From the NCBI GenBank assembly GCA_965372365.1, contig CBDVCA010000001.1:5810-69809 (forward strand): a stretch of 64,000 nt of DNA. The letters run 5' to 3'. Both the position numbers and the translations under genes were made by a program. The notes below the pieces were generated by a model. The model did not search any database and was not told the origin of the DNA. It saw nothing but the letters and a program-made list of their open reading frames with translations. Source of the stretch: an uncultured bacterium. Lineage in GTDB: Bacteria > Planctomycetota > Phycisphaerae > SM23-33 > FEN-1343. Numbering within the stretch: position 1 is the stretch's first letter; every line of letters starts with the position of its first letter. Positions 46,008 through 56,105 of the stretch are shown piece by piece.

Positions 46008-46433
46008 TTACTGCGCGATTTCGATGCCCATACTGCGGGCCGTGCCCATCACCTGCAGGCACGCCGCGTCGAGGTCGAACGCATTCAGGTCGCCCATCTT
46101 CGTCTCGGCGATCTTGCGGACCTGGTCCATCGTCACCGAACCGACCTTCTCCATGTTCGGCACGCCGGAACCTTTGGCGACGCCGGCGGCTTCCTTCAGC
46201 AGAACCGCAGCCGGCGGGCTCTTGCACTCGAAAGTGAAGGTCTTGTCGGCGTACACGGAGATAACCACCGGGATGGTCATCCCGTTGGCCTCACGCGTTC
46301 GCTCGTTAAACTGGGAGACGAACTGACCGATATTCACATTGTGCTGGCCCAGAGCCGGCCCGATCGGGGGAGCGGGTGTCGCCTGTCCGCCGGGCGCCTG
46401 GAGCTTGATGACTGCTTTGACTTCTTTCGCCAT
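46008..46433 (-). CDS. rplK: 50S ribosomal protein L11
   Basis: [35 protein letters not shown]…. Confidence 0.93.
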   Translation of the reverse strand: MAKEVKAVIKLQAPGGQATPAPPIGPALGQHNVNIGQFVSQFNERTREANGMTIPVVISVYADKTFTFECKSPPAAVLLKEAAGVAKGSGVPNMEKVGSVTMDQVRKIAETKMGDLNAFDLDAACLQVMGTARSMGIEIAQ

Positions 46434-46556
46434 GATTCACTATCTTTCGGTTTGGGTCGTTCGGGCCTCGCAAGGCAGTCCCCCCCGACCTTCAAAACGC
46501 CACGCCATTTCGAGCCGCACTAGTCCACTTCAGACCAAAACGCCAGGCAAAGAAGC

Positions 46557-47111
46557 CTACGCCTTTTCGATCTGCCAGTACTCCAACTCGACCGGGGTCG
46601 CCCGGCCAAAAATCGTCACGATCACGCGAACCAATCCCTTGTCGGCCAGAACTTCATCGACCGTGCCGTCGAAGTTCTCGAAGGCGCCTTCCTTGATCTT
46701 CACCGCGTCGCCCTTGTCGAACTCGACCTTCAACGCCGCCGCTTCTTCGGGACGGTCGATCTGCATGAGCATCTTGTCCACGTCCGCCGGCGCCATCGGG
46801 GTCGGCTTGCCCGCCGAACCGATGAAATCGCCAACGCCCATGGTTTCCTTAATCAGGAACCAAGCCTCTTCGCCAATCGACCCATCCTCGGCAAGATCCA
46901 TCTCCACGAACACGTACCCGGGGTACATTTTCCGCTCGACGTATTTCTTATCGCCCGGCTTGCGCTGCGGCTTGGGCCGGCGCTCGGTCGGAACGATAAT
47001 TCGGCCGATGTTCTCTTGGAGACCTTCGATCTTGACCTTGCGAATCAGGGCGTCCCTGACCTTCGCCTCCTTGTTGGAGGCCACACGCAAGACGTACCAC
47101 TGTTTGCTCAT
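46557..47111 (-). CDS. nusG: Transcription termination/antitermination factor NusG
   Basis: NGN plus KOW domains (…WYVLRVASNKE…). Confidence 0.92.
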   Translation of the reverse strand: MSKQWYVLRVASNKEAKVRDALIRKVKIEGLQENIGRIIVPTERRPKPQRKPGDKKYVERKMYPGYVFVEMDLAEDGSIGEEAWFLIKETMGVGDFIGSAGKPTPMAPADVDKMLMQIDRPEEAAALKVEFDKGDAVKIKEGAFENFDGTVDEVLADKGLVRVIVTIFGRATPVELEYWQIEKA

Positions 47112-47118
47112 CGTTCGA

Positions 47119-47508
47119 CTATCCTAGTTGGTGCAGAACACCGATCCACTTGAAGAAGCCCTGGAAGACGGTATCCACAATGAACAACAGAGCCGCCAAC
47201 AGGAACGTGGCGAACACCACCACTTTGGTCGAGCCGATCACTTCCTTGCGGCTGCTCCAGGCGACCTTCTTCATCTCGCCTTCGGTGGCGATCAGGAAAT
47301 CGGCCATCTTCGCCCGGTTGACGAAAACGAACATCACGTAGGCAATCACCATCACCACGCCGAACGGAACGAGGTATTGGACCCAAGGGCTGAAACTTTC
47401 GAGCCGCTCACTGAGCCAGTGCCCGCCAATAACGCCGAGGATCATCCCGCCGACAAATGTGCCGACGCGAGTGTGTTTGCCTTGGTTTTTCTTATAGATT
47501 TCAAACAT
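47119..47508 (-). CDS. secE: Preprotein translocase subunit SecE (long, 3-TM form)
   Basis: Sits in the conserved position before nusG; hydrophobic helices. Confidence 0.8.
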   Translation of the reverse strand: MFEIYKKNQGKHTRVGTFVGGMILGVIGGHWLSERLESFSPWVQYLVPFGVVMVIAYVMFVFVNRAKMADFLIATEGEMKKVAWSSRKEVIGSTKVVVFATFLLAALLFIVDTVFQGFFKWIGVLHQLG

Positions 47509-47643
47509 AGTTACAACCGCCTATCGCCATCGGGCCACCCGCCGCCGGCGTGCATCGCCAACGCCAGGCCCCTGGGGTCAATCCAGTCGACTGCAGCTCA
47601 CCACGTTACGGCCACGTCCTCACAACTTTGCGGCGTCCATCAC

Positions 47644-47716
47644 CACGGCAGGGAGGACTTGAACCCCCAACCTGCGGTTTTGGAAACCGCTGCTCTGCCA
47701 ATTGAGCTACTGCCGT
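47644..47716 (-). tRNA. tRNA-Trp (anticodon CCA)
   Basis: Cloverleaf folded by hand: acceptor ACGGCAG/CTGCCGT, D GCTC/GAGC, anticodon stem GCGGT/ACCGC with loop TTCCAAA, T arm GGGGG-TTCAAGT-CCTCC. No CCA is encoded. Confidence 0.85.
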
Positions 47717-47833
47717 ATCCGACCCGCCGTGCGGCGCGGCCCCGCCGTGCGGAGGCGCGCCACTGGGCGGCAGGTCGATATCCTGCTCCGGACGGCTCAT
47801 CCGGGGGGGAGGAGCCGCCCGCTATCGGGTTGT

Positions 47834-48001
47834 CTACTTCTTCTTGGTCTTGTGCACCGTGTGCTTACGGGTGCGCGGGCAGAACTTCTTGATTTCCAGC
47901 TTGCCGCCGCCGCCCTGAGTGCGGACCTGAACACGGTAGTTCAGATCCCCACAGTCGGTGCACTGTAGCCACACGTATTCCCGTGGCGAACCTTTGGCCA
48001 T
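47834..48001 (-). CDS. rpmG: 50S ribosomal protein L33 (55 aa; below the ORF-track cutoff)
   Basis: My translation: MAKGSPREYVWLQCTDCGDLNYRVQVRTQGGGGKLEIKKFCPRTRKHTVHKTKKK. Confidence 0.85.
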   Translation of the reverse strand: MAKGSPREYVWLQCTDCGDLNYRVQVRTQGGGGKLEIKKFCPRTRKHTVHKTKKK

Positions 48002-48005
48002 GATG

Positions 48006-49214
48006 TTACTCCAGGATCTTGGTCACGACGCCGGCGCCGACGGTGCGGCCGCCTTCGCGAATGGCGAAACGAAGACCGTCTTCCATGGCGATCTCGGTAT
48101 TGAGCAGTTCAACCATGATGGTGATATTGTCGCCGGGCATGCACATTTCGGCGCCGCCGAGCAGGTTGATGGTTCCGGTCACGTCGGTCGTGCGGAAGTA
48201 GAACTGCGGACGATAGCCGCTGAAGAACGGGCTGTGACGACCGCCCTCTTCCTTGGTCAGCACGTAGACCTCGGCCTCGAACTTCGTGTGGGGGGTGATC
48301 GAACCGGGGGCCGCCAACACCTGCCCGCGTTCCAGATCGGACTTCTCGACGCCGCGGAGCAGGCAACCGACGTTGTCGCCGGCCTGGCCCTGGTCGAGCA
48401 GCTTGTTGAACATCTCGACGCCGGTCACCGTCGTCTTGCGAGTTTCGCCCAGACCGACGATCTCGACCGTCTCGCCCACCTTGACGACACCGCGTTCGAT
48501 ACGGCCGGTGCCCACGGTGCCGCGACCCTTGATGCTGAAGACGTCTTCGATCGGCATCAGGAAGGGCTTGTCGATCTCACGCTCGGGCTCGGGAACGTAC
48601 GAATCCAACGCTTCCATCAACTCGTTGATGCAGGCGATGGCTTCGGGATCCTCGGGGTTGTTCATCGCGATCGACGCGGCGCCCTTGATGACGGGGCAGT
48701 TGTCGCCGTCGAAATCGTACTTGCTGAGCAGTTCGCGAACTTCCAGCTCGACCAGCTCTAGCAGTTCCTCGTCGTCGACCAGGTCGACCTTGTTGAGGAA
48801 GACGACCAGGGCCGGCACGTTCACCTGGCGGCTGAGCAGCACGTGCTCGCGCGTCTGGGGCATCGGGCCGTCGGCGGCCGACACCACCAGGATCGCCCCG
48901 TCCATCTGGGCGGCGCCGGTGATCATGTTCTTGACGTAATCGGCGTGACCGGGGCAATCTACATGAGCGTAGTGCCGCTTCTCCGACTCGTATTCCTGGT
49001 GACTGGTCGCAATCGTAAGGATCTTGGTCGCATCGCGACGACCCTGGCTTTCGGAGGCCTTGGCGACTTGATCGTACGACACGCCTTTGGCCAAACCCTT
49101 GGCGGCCTGCACCATTGTAATGGCAGCGGTCAGTGTGGTCTTGCCGTGATCCACGTGACCGATCGTGCCGACGTTAACGTGAGGCTTCGTTCGTTCAAAG
49201 ACCTCCTTGGCCAT
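48006..49214 (-). CDS. tuf: Elongation factor Tu (the only tuf in the window; tufB-type context)
   Basis: …[14 protein letters not shown]…DCPGHADY…. Confidence 0.95.
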   Translation of the reverse strand: MAKEVFERTKPHVNVGTIGHVDHGKTTLTAAITMVQAAKGLAKGVSYDQVAKASESQGRRDATKILTIATSHQEYESEKRHYAHVDCPGHADYVKNMITGAAQMDGAILVVSAADGPMPQTREHVLLSRQVNVPALVVFLNKVDLVDDEELLELVELEVRELLSKYDFDGDNCPVIKGAASIAMNNPEDPEAIACINELMEALDSYVPEPEREIDKPFLMPIEDVFSIKGRGTVGTGRIERGVVKVGETVEIVGLGETRKTTVTGVEMFNKLLDQGQAGDNVGCLLRGVEKSDLERGQVLAAPGSITPHTKFEAEVYVLTKEEGGRHSPFFSGYRPQFYFRTTDVTGTINLLGGAEMCMPGDNITIMVELLNTEIAMEDGLRFAIREGGRTVGAGVVTKILE

Positions 49215-49283
49215 TTTGTTGCTCCTGTAGAAACGCCGCTATTCGTGGGTCAAGACGACAGTTATCCTAACCGTTTCATTTCA

Positions 49284-49328
49284 GTCCAAACGACCTTCGT
49301 CCAAACGACCTTCGTCCAAACGACCTTA
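49284..49328. repeat. Three tandem copies of a 15-bp unit gtccaaacgaccttc in the tRNA-Thr(GGU)/tuf spacer
   Basis: Seen directly in the sequence. Confidence 0.8.
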
Positions 49329-49409
49329 CCGACTCTTCCGCCGGCAGCGCCGACGGCCGGGTGCAAACCCGTGCGTCACAAACACTATCGAGCGGGTTCT
49401 CCGCCCACG

Positions 49410-49481
<72 letters not shown>

Positions 49482-49640
49482 ACACGCCGCGCATCCCCGA
49501 GGGTACACCGCCCCTAGCGACCCTAGGGTGAACGGGGCATTATGCCTCAACGAAAGCGACTGTCAAATGAAAAATTATGCGCCCGACGCACAAAATGCCT
49601 CCAGGCAAGGGACCACGGGCCAAACACGCAGGGCCGCAAT

Positions 49641-49756
49641 CCGCCGACAAACGACTGAACGCCGCCGAAAAACAGCTGAACGCTACCGACAAACGACTGC
49701 ACGCTACCGACAAACGACTGCACGCTACCGGCAAACGACTGCACGCTACCGAAAGG
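49641..49756. repeat. About 5.5 tandem copies of a 21-bp unit (c[tc][ag]ccg[ag]caaacgactg[ac]acg) in the tRNA-Gly/tRNA-Thr(GGU) spacer
   Basis: Seen in sequence. Shares the core caaacgac with the 15-bp repeat at 49284..49328. Confidence 0.8.
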
Positions 49757-49795
49757 GGCCGCAAGTTGCCAAAGGGGCCGCGGATCGATCCGAAC

Positions 49796-49868
49796 AGCGG
49801 GCGACCGGGGTCGAACCGGCAACAACTAGCTTGGAAGGCTAGTACTCTACCAATTGAGCTACGCCCGC
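49796..49868 (-). tRNA. tRNA-Gly (anticodon UCC)
   Basis: GCGGGCG-TA-GCTC…CTAGC-CTTCCAA-GCTAG…GCCGG-TTCGACC-CCGGT-CGCCCGC-T. Confidence 0.85.
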
Positions 49869-49980
49869 AAGCAACGCCAAACCCGCCTCTCAGCCGCGGC
49901 CAGCCTCTGCCACAGACCCGACATACGGACCGGTCGGCCATCTCGTCGCACGGCAAGCCGCGGCAACGCCGCGACCTTAC

Positions 49981-50063
49981 TGGGAGCGGGTGGATTCGAA
50001 CCACCGAAGGCGTACGCCGTCAGATTTACAGTCTGATCCCTTTGGCCACTCGGGCACACTCCC
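49981..50063 (-). tRNA. tRNA-Tyr (anticodon GUA; long variable arm)
   Basis: GGGAGTG-TG-CCCG…TCAGA-CTGTAAA-TCTGA-CGGCGTACGCCTTC-GGTGG-TTCGAAT-CCACC-CGCTCCC-A. Confidence 0.85.
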
Positions 50064-50111
50064 ACGAACGTCTCGCCTGCAAGCGAGCGTAGCAATAAAG
50101 CATGATCCATG

Positions 50112-50143
50112 CGGCGTGTCAACCGGCTACACGTCGTTTTTTT
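50112..50143 (+). terminator. Candidate intrinsic terminator on the + strand (cggcgtgt-caaccggct-acacgtcg plus T7), antisense to the tRNA operon
   Basis: 8-bp stem (one G-U) followed by TTTTTTT. No + strand gene was identified upstream. Confidence 0.35.
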
Positions 50144-50185
50144 GCAGAAACCGCGTTCAATGCCGATATTCCACACGCCGCGTCA

Positions 50186-50257
50186 AGCCAGCGATGGGAT
50201 TCGAACCCGTAACCTCCGCTTTACAAAAGCGGTGCTCTACCGTTGAGCTACGCTGGC
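50186..50257 (-). tRNA. tRNA-Thr (anticodon UGU)
   Basis: GCCAGCG-TA-GCTC…CCGCT-TTTGTAA-AGCGG…ACGGG-TTCGAAT-CCCAT-CGCTGGC-T (one A-C mismatch in the T stem). Confidence 0.8.
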
Positions 50258-50503
50258 GACCGTCCCCCGCCCGATCCTTCGAATCGGCCGTTTCGCCCCG
50301 ACCCCTGCACCCAAACTCCGCCGCAGCGTCGGGGCGACAACGTTAGCCGAACACGACCCTTGGGTCAAGGGGGCGATGATTGTCGATTGCCAATTGAACG
50401 ACCAACGTCGCTGGCCGGTGATCTATCCCCCTTCGCCGATCGTACCTCTTCCACCGACGACGACCGAGTTGTATGATGGAACGCATCGCACAGGAGACCG
50501 ACC

Positions 50504-51058
50504 ATGCCCATCTCAACCCAAGACCGCCAAACCCTGCTGACGCTCGCCCGCTCATCGGTGACCCACGCCGTCACCGGCGATCCGCCGCCCCAAGCCCCCC
50601 CGCCGTCGGAGATCCTCACCGCCCAACGCGGCTGCTTCGTCACGCTCACCAACGCCGGCCGCCTTCGCGGCTGCATCGGAACCTTCAGCCCCCAAGGCCC
50701 CCTGGTCGCCATGATCCCCCAAATGGCGATCCACGCATCCCGGGATCCGCGATTCACCCACAACCCTATTACCGCACATGAGTTGCCGCAGATCCACGTG
50801 GAGGTCTCGGTCCTGAGCCCCTTAGAGCCCATCGACGACCCGCTCTCGCTAACCGTCGGCGTACACGGAATCTACATCACCCAAGGCCATCGCGGCGGCT
50901 GCTTCCTCCCCGAAGTCGCCACCGACCAGGGCTGGGACGCCGAGCAGTTCCTCACCCAATGCTGCGCCGGAAAAGCCGGCCTCGCACCCACCGCCTGGCA
51001 AGACCCCGCCACCGAAGTCCGCGTCTTCACCAGCGAGAAGTTCGGCGAAGGCGACTGA
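50504..51058 (+). CDS. AMMECR1-domain protein
   Basis: GCFVTLTNAGRLRGCIGTF motif. Confidence 0.8.
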   Translation: MPISTQDRQTLLTLARSSVTHAVTGDPPPQAPPPSEILTAQRGCFVTLTNAGRLRGCIGTFSPQGPLVAMIPQMAIHASRDPRFTHNPITAHELPQIHVEVSVLSPLEPIDDPLSLTVGVHGIYITQGHRGGCFLPEVATDQGWDAEQFLTQCCAGKAGLAPTAWQDPATEVRVFTSEKFGEGD

Positions 51059-51252
51059 TCTCGCCACGACCCGCGGCGGCCGGTCGCAACCAAACCAGGG
51101 GGGACAGACCGGATCGGCCGAACGGCCTGCCGCCCCTGTCGCGTGTCAAGCACACGTTTGTGGCTGCAAGGGTTACAGCCTATCTTCATGCCATTCGCTC
51201 CTGACCCCTTTCCCGCCAACGGCCTCAGAACGCCCTGAAAGGGCGAAGGCGT

Positions 51253-52092
51253 TTAGCCCGGATATTTCACACAGCGTGGTGGTTCCCCTATATCGCGACG
51301 GCCTTACTGTTTGGTATAACAAGAGTTAGCAAGATCTCCACCCACGCAGAAAGGCCGTCAACGATGACAGAGCGTCACCAAAAGCCCCTGCTGTTTTCAA
51401 GTCTTCTTCGGAAGAAGATCGTGGCGGATTTCAACGGTGACGACATCACCACCGATGGGGGTTTGCCGCTGATCCGCGAGGTGGACCGGAGGATCGGCCT
51501 GATCGACGCGATCGATAGCGCTATCGACGACCCCCGTTGCCCGTGGCTCATCGAGCACGACCAGCGAACGATCCTGGCCCAGCGGATTTTCGCTATCAAC
51601 GCCGGATACGAAGACCTCAACGACCACCAGACGTTGCGGAACGATACGCTCATGCAGGCCATCACCGACCGGCGGCTCAAGGTCGGACAGACCGAGCACG
51701 ATCCTCTGTCGAACCCACCGACTCTGTGCCGATTGGCCGGCACGGAACTGGCTACGGCGCAGGCGACCACGATCCGTCTGAAACTGCTGAAGATCGGGGG
51801 CCGCATCGTGCGGTCGGTTCGCCGTATCGCGATCCACTTGGCCGGCGGCTATCCGTTGCAGGCCCTATTCCACACGGTCCTGCACAATCTCCAGGAACGG
51901 AGATTCACCGCCGGCGGGCGCGACCTGGGCTTGCCGGAACCCTCTACATAACCTCCGGACAATTCGATTCTGACAGCGGGGGAAAGGGGGTTGTTCGTGC
52001 CGAGCGGGCGGCTATGCAAGCAAACCCAACTCCATATGCCCAAATGACCTCGCGACTCCCATCGCCAACGCTGTGTGAAATATCCGGGCTAA
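51253..52092 (+). mobile_element. Internally deleted IS1380-family insertion sequence (about 840 bp) with 25-bp perfect terminal inverted repeats ttagcccggatatttcacacagcgt
   Basis: IRL 51253..51277; IRR 52068..52092 is its exact reverse complement. It carries a 195-aa transposase remnant. No target-site duplication is evident. Confidence 0.7.
51364..51951 (+). pseudogene. IS1380-family DDE transposase remnant: N-terminal about 150 aa fused to the C-terminal about 45 aa, with the catalytic core deleted
   Basis: N-terminal family pattern FNGDDITTDGGLPLIREVDRRIGL…INAGYEDLNDHQTLRNDTLMQ…LSNPPTLCRLAG. C-terminal pattern KIGGRIVRSVRRIAIHLAGGYPLQALFHTVL. Full-length family members are about 430-470 aa. 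A possible internal promoter ttactg-N-tataac and GAAAGG SD lie upstream. Confidence 0.65.
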
Positions 52093-52182
52093 GAATCAGG
52101 CCGCATGGAACTCCAAGGGTACTCGACCGCTTGCGTGGGAACATGGCGTCTACCCTTATGGTTCACCGGTGATCCGGCAGTC

Positions 52183-53898
52183 CTATCGCTCGTCGTCCTT
52201 CGGTACGTTCAAATACGCTAACGCCTGCTCCAACACGTCCTTAACAACCGGCCCTGCGACGGTCCCGCCGTAGTGGCCAATGGACCTGTCGGGCTTGCGA
52301 ACGCTCACAAGGCACACCAGACGCGGCTTGGCCAGCGGGGCGCCGGCGATGTAGCTGGCGGTAAACTGGCCAGCCGAATACGGGGCGATCTGGGCGGTGC
52401 CGGTCTTGCCGAAACTGCTCCAGCCGTCGAGACGGGCGTGATTTCTCCCCGTCCCGTCGGTCGGCACGCGGCCTAGAACGTCGGTGATGAACCTTCGGCA
52501 CAGTTCCGGGCCAAGCACGCGCCCGACGACGGTCGGCTCGTCGTTATCGAGAACCACCGACCCATCGGGGCTGACGATCTTGCGGATAAGCTTCGGTTGC
52601 AGCAGCAGTCCCTCGTTCGCCAACGCCGCGAAGGCCATCGTCACCTGCAGTCCAGTGACGGCCACCTCCTGCCCCATCGGCACCGACCACGTCGAGTCGC
52701 GCCGCCACGTCCGCAGGGGATTGATCTGCCCGGTCACTTCGCCGGTGAGCTCTATGCCCGTCCGCCGACCGAATCCGAAGGCCTTGACGGCCTCGTAGAG
52801 CCGCCGGTTCCCCAGCCGTTCGCCAATCCGGGCCATGCCGATATTGGAGCTCTTGTAGACGACCGCTTCGATCGACAGTTTGCCGTAGGGATGCGCGTCG
52901 TGCAGCGTCCGCCCGCGACGGCAGCGGTAAGCGCCATTGTAGCAGAAGATCTCCTCGCCCCAGTTCACGACGCCGTCAGCCAGAGCGACCGAGGCGATGA
53001 ACGGCTTGAAGATGCTGCCCGGTTCGTACATATCGGCCACCGCCCGGTTGCGGCGATGGTCGCTTTCGCTGCGACCGAACGCGTTGAGATCGTACGTCGG
53101 CACGTTGGCCATGGCGAGAATCTCACCGGAACTCGGATCAACCACCACCCCCAGGGCCGACTCGGCGGCGAACTTCGTAACCGCTTCGGCCAAGGCCTCT
53201 TCGAGGCGTCGCTGGATGACCACGTCGATGGTCAAATACAGATGATCGCCATCGACGGGGGCCGTGTACGCTTCGGGTTTGTTCCAGATCGGCCGACGGG
53301 CGGCGTCGGTGAGCATTTCGTTGGCCCCGTCGACCCCGGCGAGATACTGCTCGGCGGCCTTCTCGACGCCCTCCAGGCCCGCGCCGTCGACCCCGGCGAA
53401 CCCCACCACGTGAGCGGCCAGCGACCCGTTGGGGTAGCGTCTCCGCCATTGGCGCTGAATGCCGACGCCGGTCAGGTCCAAGTCGCGTATACGTTGAACT
53501 TCGGCGTCGGTCAGATCACGCTTGACCCACACGAACCGCCTGGAGCGGCGAGTCACGAGGCGCTGGTGGATGGTGTCGGCCTCCAGCCCCAAGGCCGCCG
53601 CGAGGGCGTCGGATACCTCTCGAAAATCCTCTGCGCCGATAATCATCGGATCGGCGAAGCAACCGGGCGATTGATGACTGGCGGCCAGCAACTCATATCG
53701 GCGGTAGCTGCGGCCGTAGATGTTGCCGCGACGGGCGGGGATCTTCACCGTCATCCGCTGCTGGATGGCCGCCCGGCGGACCATGGCGTCATGATGGGTC
53801 TGCTGGAAGGCGAACAGACGGCCGCCTAAGGCGATCAGCGACAGACACAGGACGGCGAACACCAGATGATGCGTCAGGGCGGATCGTTCGGCAGCCAC
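52183..53898 (-). CDS. ftsI: Class B penicillin-binding protein (transpeptidase), likely FtsI given its dcw-cluster position
   Basis: SxxK (GSIFKPF), SSN (KSSNIG), KTGT (GKTGTAQ). Confidence 0.8.
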   Translation of the reverse strand: MAAERSALTHHLVFAVLCLSLIALGGRLFAFQQTHHDAMVRRAAIQQRMTVKIPARRGNIYGRSYRRYELLAASHQSPGCFADPMIIGAEDFREVSDALAAALGLEADTIHQRLVTRRSRRFVWVKRDLTDAEVQRIRDLDLTGVGIQRQWRRRYPNGSLAAHVVGFAGVDGAGLEGVEKAAEQYLAGVDGANEMLTDAARRPIWNKPEAYTAPVDGDHLYLTIDVVIQRRLEEALAEAVTKFAAESALGVVVDPSSGEILAMANVPTYDLNAFGRSESDHRRNRAVADMYEPGSIFKPFIASVALADGVVNWGEEIFCYNGAYRCRRGRTLHDAHPYGKLSIEAVVYKSSNIGMARIGERLGNRRLYEAVKAFGFGRRTGIELTGEVTGQINPLRTWRRDSTWSVPMGQEVAVTGLQVTMAFAALANEGLLLQPKLIRKIVSPDGSVVLDNDEPTVVGRVLGPELCRRFITDVLGRVPTDGTGRNHARLDGWSSFGKTGTAQIAPYSAGQFTASYIAGAPLAKPRLVCLVSVRKPDRSIGHYGGTVAGPVVKDVLEQALAYLNVPKDDER

Positions 53899-53905
53899 GG
53901 ATCGT

Positions 53906-54223
53906 CTACCTCCTCAAGTCCATGGCCGTCGCGCCGGTCGCGATGGGGACGCTTCGATCGGCCAGGACCTCCTCGGCGGGGCCGACGGGCTGTAGATCGG
54001 GTCGCAGCATGCGAAGGCCGAGGTCCTGGGCGCGTGCGGCAACCGCGTCGATGGCGGTCAAGTCGCCGAGCCGAACGTCGAGATCCCACAGGGTCGATCG
54101 TTGGGAGAGCAGCCGGCTTTGGAGACGATGGATCTGGTGCTGGGCGGCGATCTCCTCGTGGCGGCAGGCGACCAGCCCCAAGGCGACGGCCGTCAGTCCC
54201 ACGATGGCGAAAGCGATACGCAT
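53906..54223 (-). CDS. Cell-division protein FtsL-like (single TM plus coiled coil)
   Basis: Small bitopic protein directly upstream of ftsI; there is no sequence-level proof of identity. Confidence 0.45.
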   Translation of the reverse strand: MRIAFAIVGLTAVALGLVACRHEEIAAQHQIHRLQSRLLSQRSTLWDLDVRLGDLTAIDAVAARAQDLGLRMLRPDLQPVGPAEEVLADRSVPIATGATAMDLRR

Positions 54224-54269
54224 GCAGAAGATCCTCGTTGGGGCGTCGCCGCCCGCTCGTTGACGTCGG

Positions 54270-55007
54270 TTACTCGGGTAGGACCAGTACGGCGCCGACC
54301 CGAAGTTGGTCCGGATTGGCGATGGTGTCGCGATTGAGCTGATACAGCGCCGTCACCGCCCGGTGACTGCTCGAGCCAATCGTCTTTCGGGCGATCGCCG
54401 TCAGCGTGTCGTTCGGTTGAACGGTATAGGTCGCCCTCGGACGCCTGGCGGCCTGCTGACTGCGTTCGAGTTCAGACAGATACTGTCGCACCTGCGGGCC
54501 ATCCATCACGCGGACCTGCCCGGCGTGCGAGTCGGCCGCGACGCTGACCAGGGCGGGGATTCGCAGCTTCTGGCCGGGTCTGACCTGGTTGGGATTTCTC
54601 AATACGTCGCGGTTGGCCTCGAAGATACGCTGGTACTCGCCGGCGCAACCCGGCCCGTACACCTTCACGGCGATCTTGCTGAGCCGATCGCCCTCGACAA
54701 CGGTATACATCCCCATGATCGGCTGGGGGGCGGGGGTCGGCCGCGCTGGAGCCGGAGCGATCACCGCCACTGGCGCCGGGGCTCGCGGATCGGCGACCTC
54801 GGACGGATCGGGGCTGCGCCATCGCGGCAGCACGACCGTCATCGCCTCCAGGCGAACCACCTGCTCGGCGGCGCCGGGATCGACCGGCAGCACAACGGCG
54901 CCGGGGGCCTGGGCGATCTTGTCGGTCCTGGCCTCTGAAAGAATAACGCCAAAGCAGATTATGAAGCCCAAGCCTACCAGCAGGGCGATTTTCGACTCCC
55001 GTGTCAT
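54270..55007 (-). CDS. Membrane-anchored protein with two LysM domains
   Basis: YTVVEGDRLSKIAVKVYG…KLRIP and YTVQPNDTLTAIARK…VLVLP. Start chosen at MTRESKIALLVGLGF; the track ORF extends to 55091 and would overlap rsmH. Confidence 0.7.
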   Translation of the reverse strand: MTRESKIALLVGLGFIICFGVILSEARTDKIAQAPGAVVLPVDPGAAEQVVRLEAMTVVLPRWRSPDPSEVADPRAPAPVAVIAPAPARPTPAPQPIMGMYTVVEGDRLSKIAVKVYGPGCAGEYQRIFEANRDVLRNPNQVRPGQKLRIPALVSVAADSHAGQVRVMDGPQVRQYLSELERSQQAARRPRATYTVQPNDTLTAIARKTIGSSSHRAVTALYQLNRDTIANPDQLRVGAVLVLPE

Positions 55008-55072
55008 CGGAACAGCTCCATCGGTGAAGACCACGAACTGCGCCCGGCCGAACCGGCCCCGACGCCGTCGGA

Positions 55073-55981
55073 CTACAGACGCTCGACGCATCGCAGCTTG
55101 GCGCTGCGACTGCGCGGATTGCTCTGTAATTCCTCATCGTCAGGAACCATAGGTTTGGGCGTAATGATTTTTGCCAATTGGGCGGATTTCATGGAAGAAA
55201 ATGCATGTTTGACGCGACGATCCTCCAGGGAGTGGAAGCTGATGATGACCGCCCGACCGCCGGGGACGAGAATATCAGGTAGATACCCCAACAGAGCGTC
55301 CAACTCGCCCATCTCGTCGTTGACGGCGATACGAAGCGCCTGGAACGTCTTGGTGGCCGGGTGAATCCGGCTCTTCCCCCGACCGCCGACGGCTCGCTTG
55401 ACGATGTCGGCCAGCTCCCCGGTTCGCTCGATCGATCTGATCTTGCGTGCGTTCACAATGGCCCTGGCGATGCGTCGACTGCGATGCTCATCGGCGTTGC
55501 GATACAGCAGGTCCGCTAACTGCTGCTCGTCGAGCCTGTTGACCAACTCGGCCGCGGTCGGCCGATCGCTGTCGACGTCCATCCGCATGTCAAGCGGGCC
55601 GTCGCCGGCGAAACTGAACCCCCGCCGCGGGTCATCCAGATGCGTGGACGCCACACCCAGATCGGCCAGCACGGCGTCCACACGCTCTACCCCCACCTCC
55701 CTGAGCACCTCCGGCGCCCGGGCAAAACCCGAGTGGAACATCCGCACCCCCACCTGGGAACGTTCGGCTAATGCGTCCAGGCGGTTCTTGGCCAGCCGAA
55801 GATTGCCCTCATCTTGATCGATCCCGATCAGGGTCGTCTCGGCGCCGGCGGCGGCCAGCAACGCCGCCGCGTGTCCCGCCAACCCGACCGTGCAATCCAC
55901 AATCCATCGCGCCGCGGCCGGCCGGAGCAACTCAACCACCTGACCCAGCATGACCGGCGTATGCGAAAGAGGTTCGGACAT
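55073..55981 (-). CDS. rsmH: 16S rRNA (cytosine1402-N4)-methyltransferase
   Basis: MraW family motifs (…DCTVGLAGHA…DLGVAS…). Confidence 0.88.
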   Translation of the reverse strand: MSEPLSHTPVMLGQVVELLRPAAARWIVDCTVGLAGHAAALLAAAGAETTLIGIDQDEGNLRLAKNRLDALAERSQVGVRMFHSGFARAPEVLREVGVERVDAVLADLGVASTHLDDPRRGFSFAGDGPLDMRMDVDSDRPTAAELVNRLDEQQLADLLYRNADEHRSRRIARAIVNARKIRSIERTGELADIVKRAVGGRGKSRIHPATKTFQALRIAVNDEMGELDALLGYLPDILVPGGRAVIISFHSLEDRRVKHAFSSMKSAQLAKIITPKPMVPDDEELQSNPRSRSAKLRCVERL

Positions 55982-56105
55982 GAAACGAATCCACCGCCTT
56001 GTAATTAATCAGCGCCCATACTCAGAACGTGCGCCCCCGACCCGGCCTCCGTGCCGAGTCATGACGCGCGTACGCTGTCCCGGGCAGGATCCATGGAACA
56101 GCGTC

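Noticed and set aside
49641-49756. Regular 21-bp repeats considered as a possible CRISPR array
   Set aside because: Units are directly adjacent with no spacers and are only 21 bp long. A second, unrelated 15-bp array lies nearby. No cas genes. These are satellite-like tandem repeats.
51537-52172. 211-aa + ORF overlapping the transposase remnant and IRR
   Set aside because: An alternative frame of the IS1380-like element with no family similarity. It crosses the right inverted repeat into flanking DNA.
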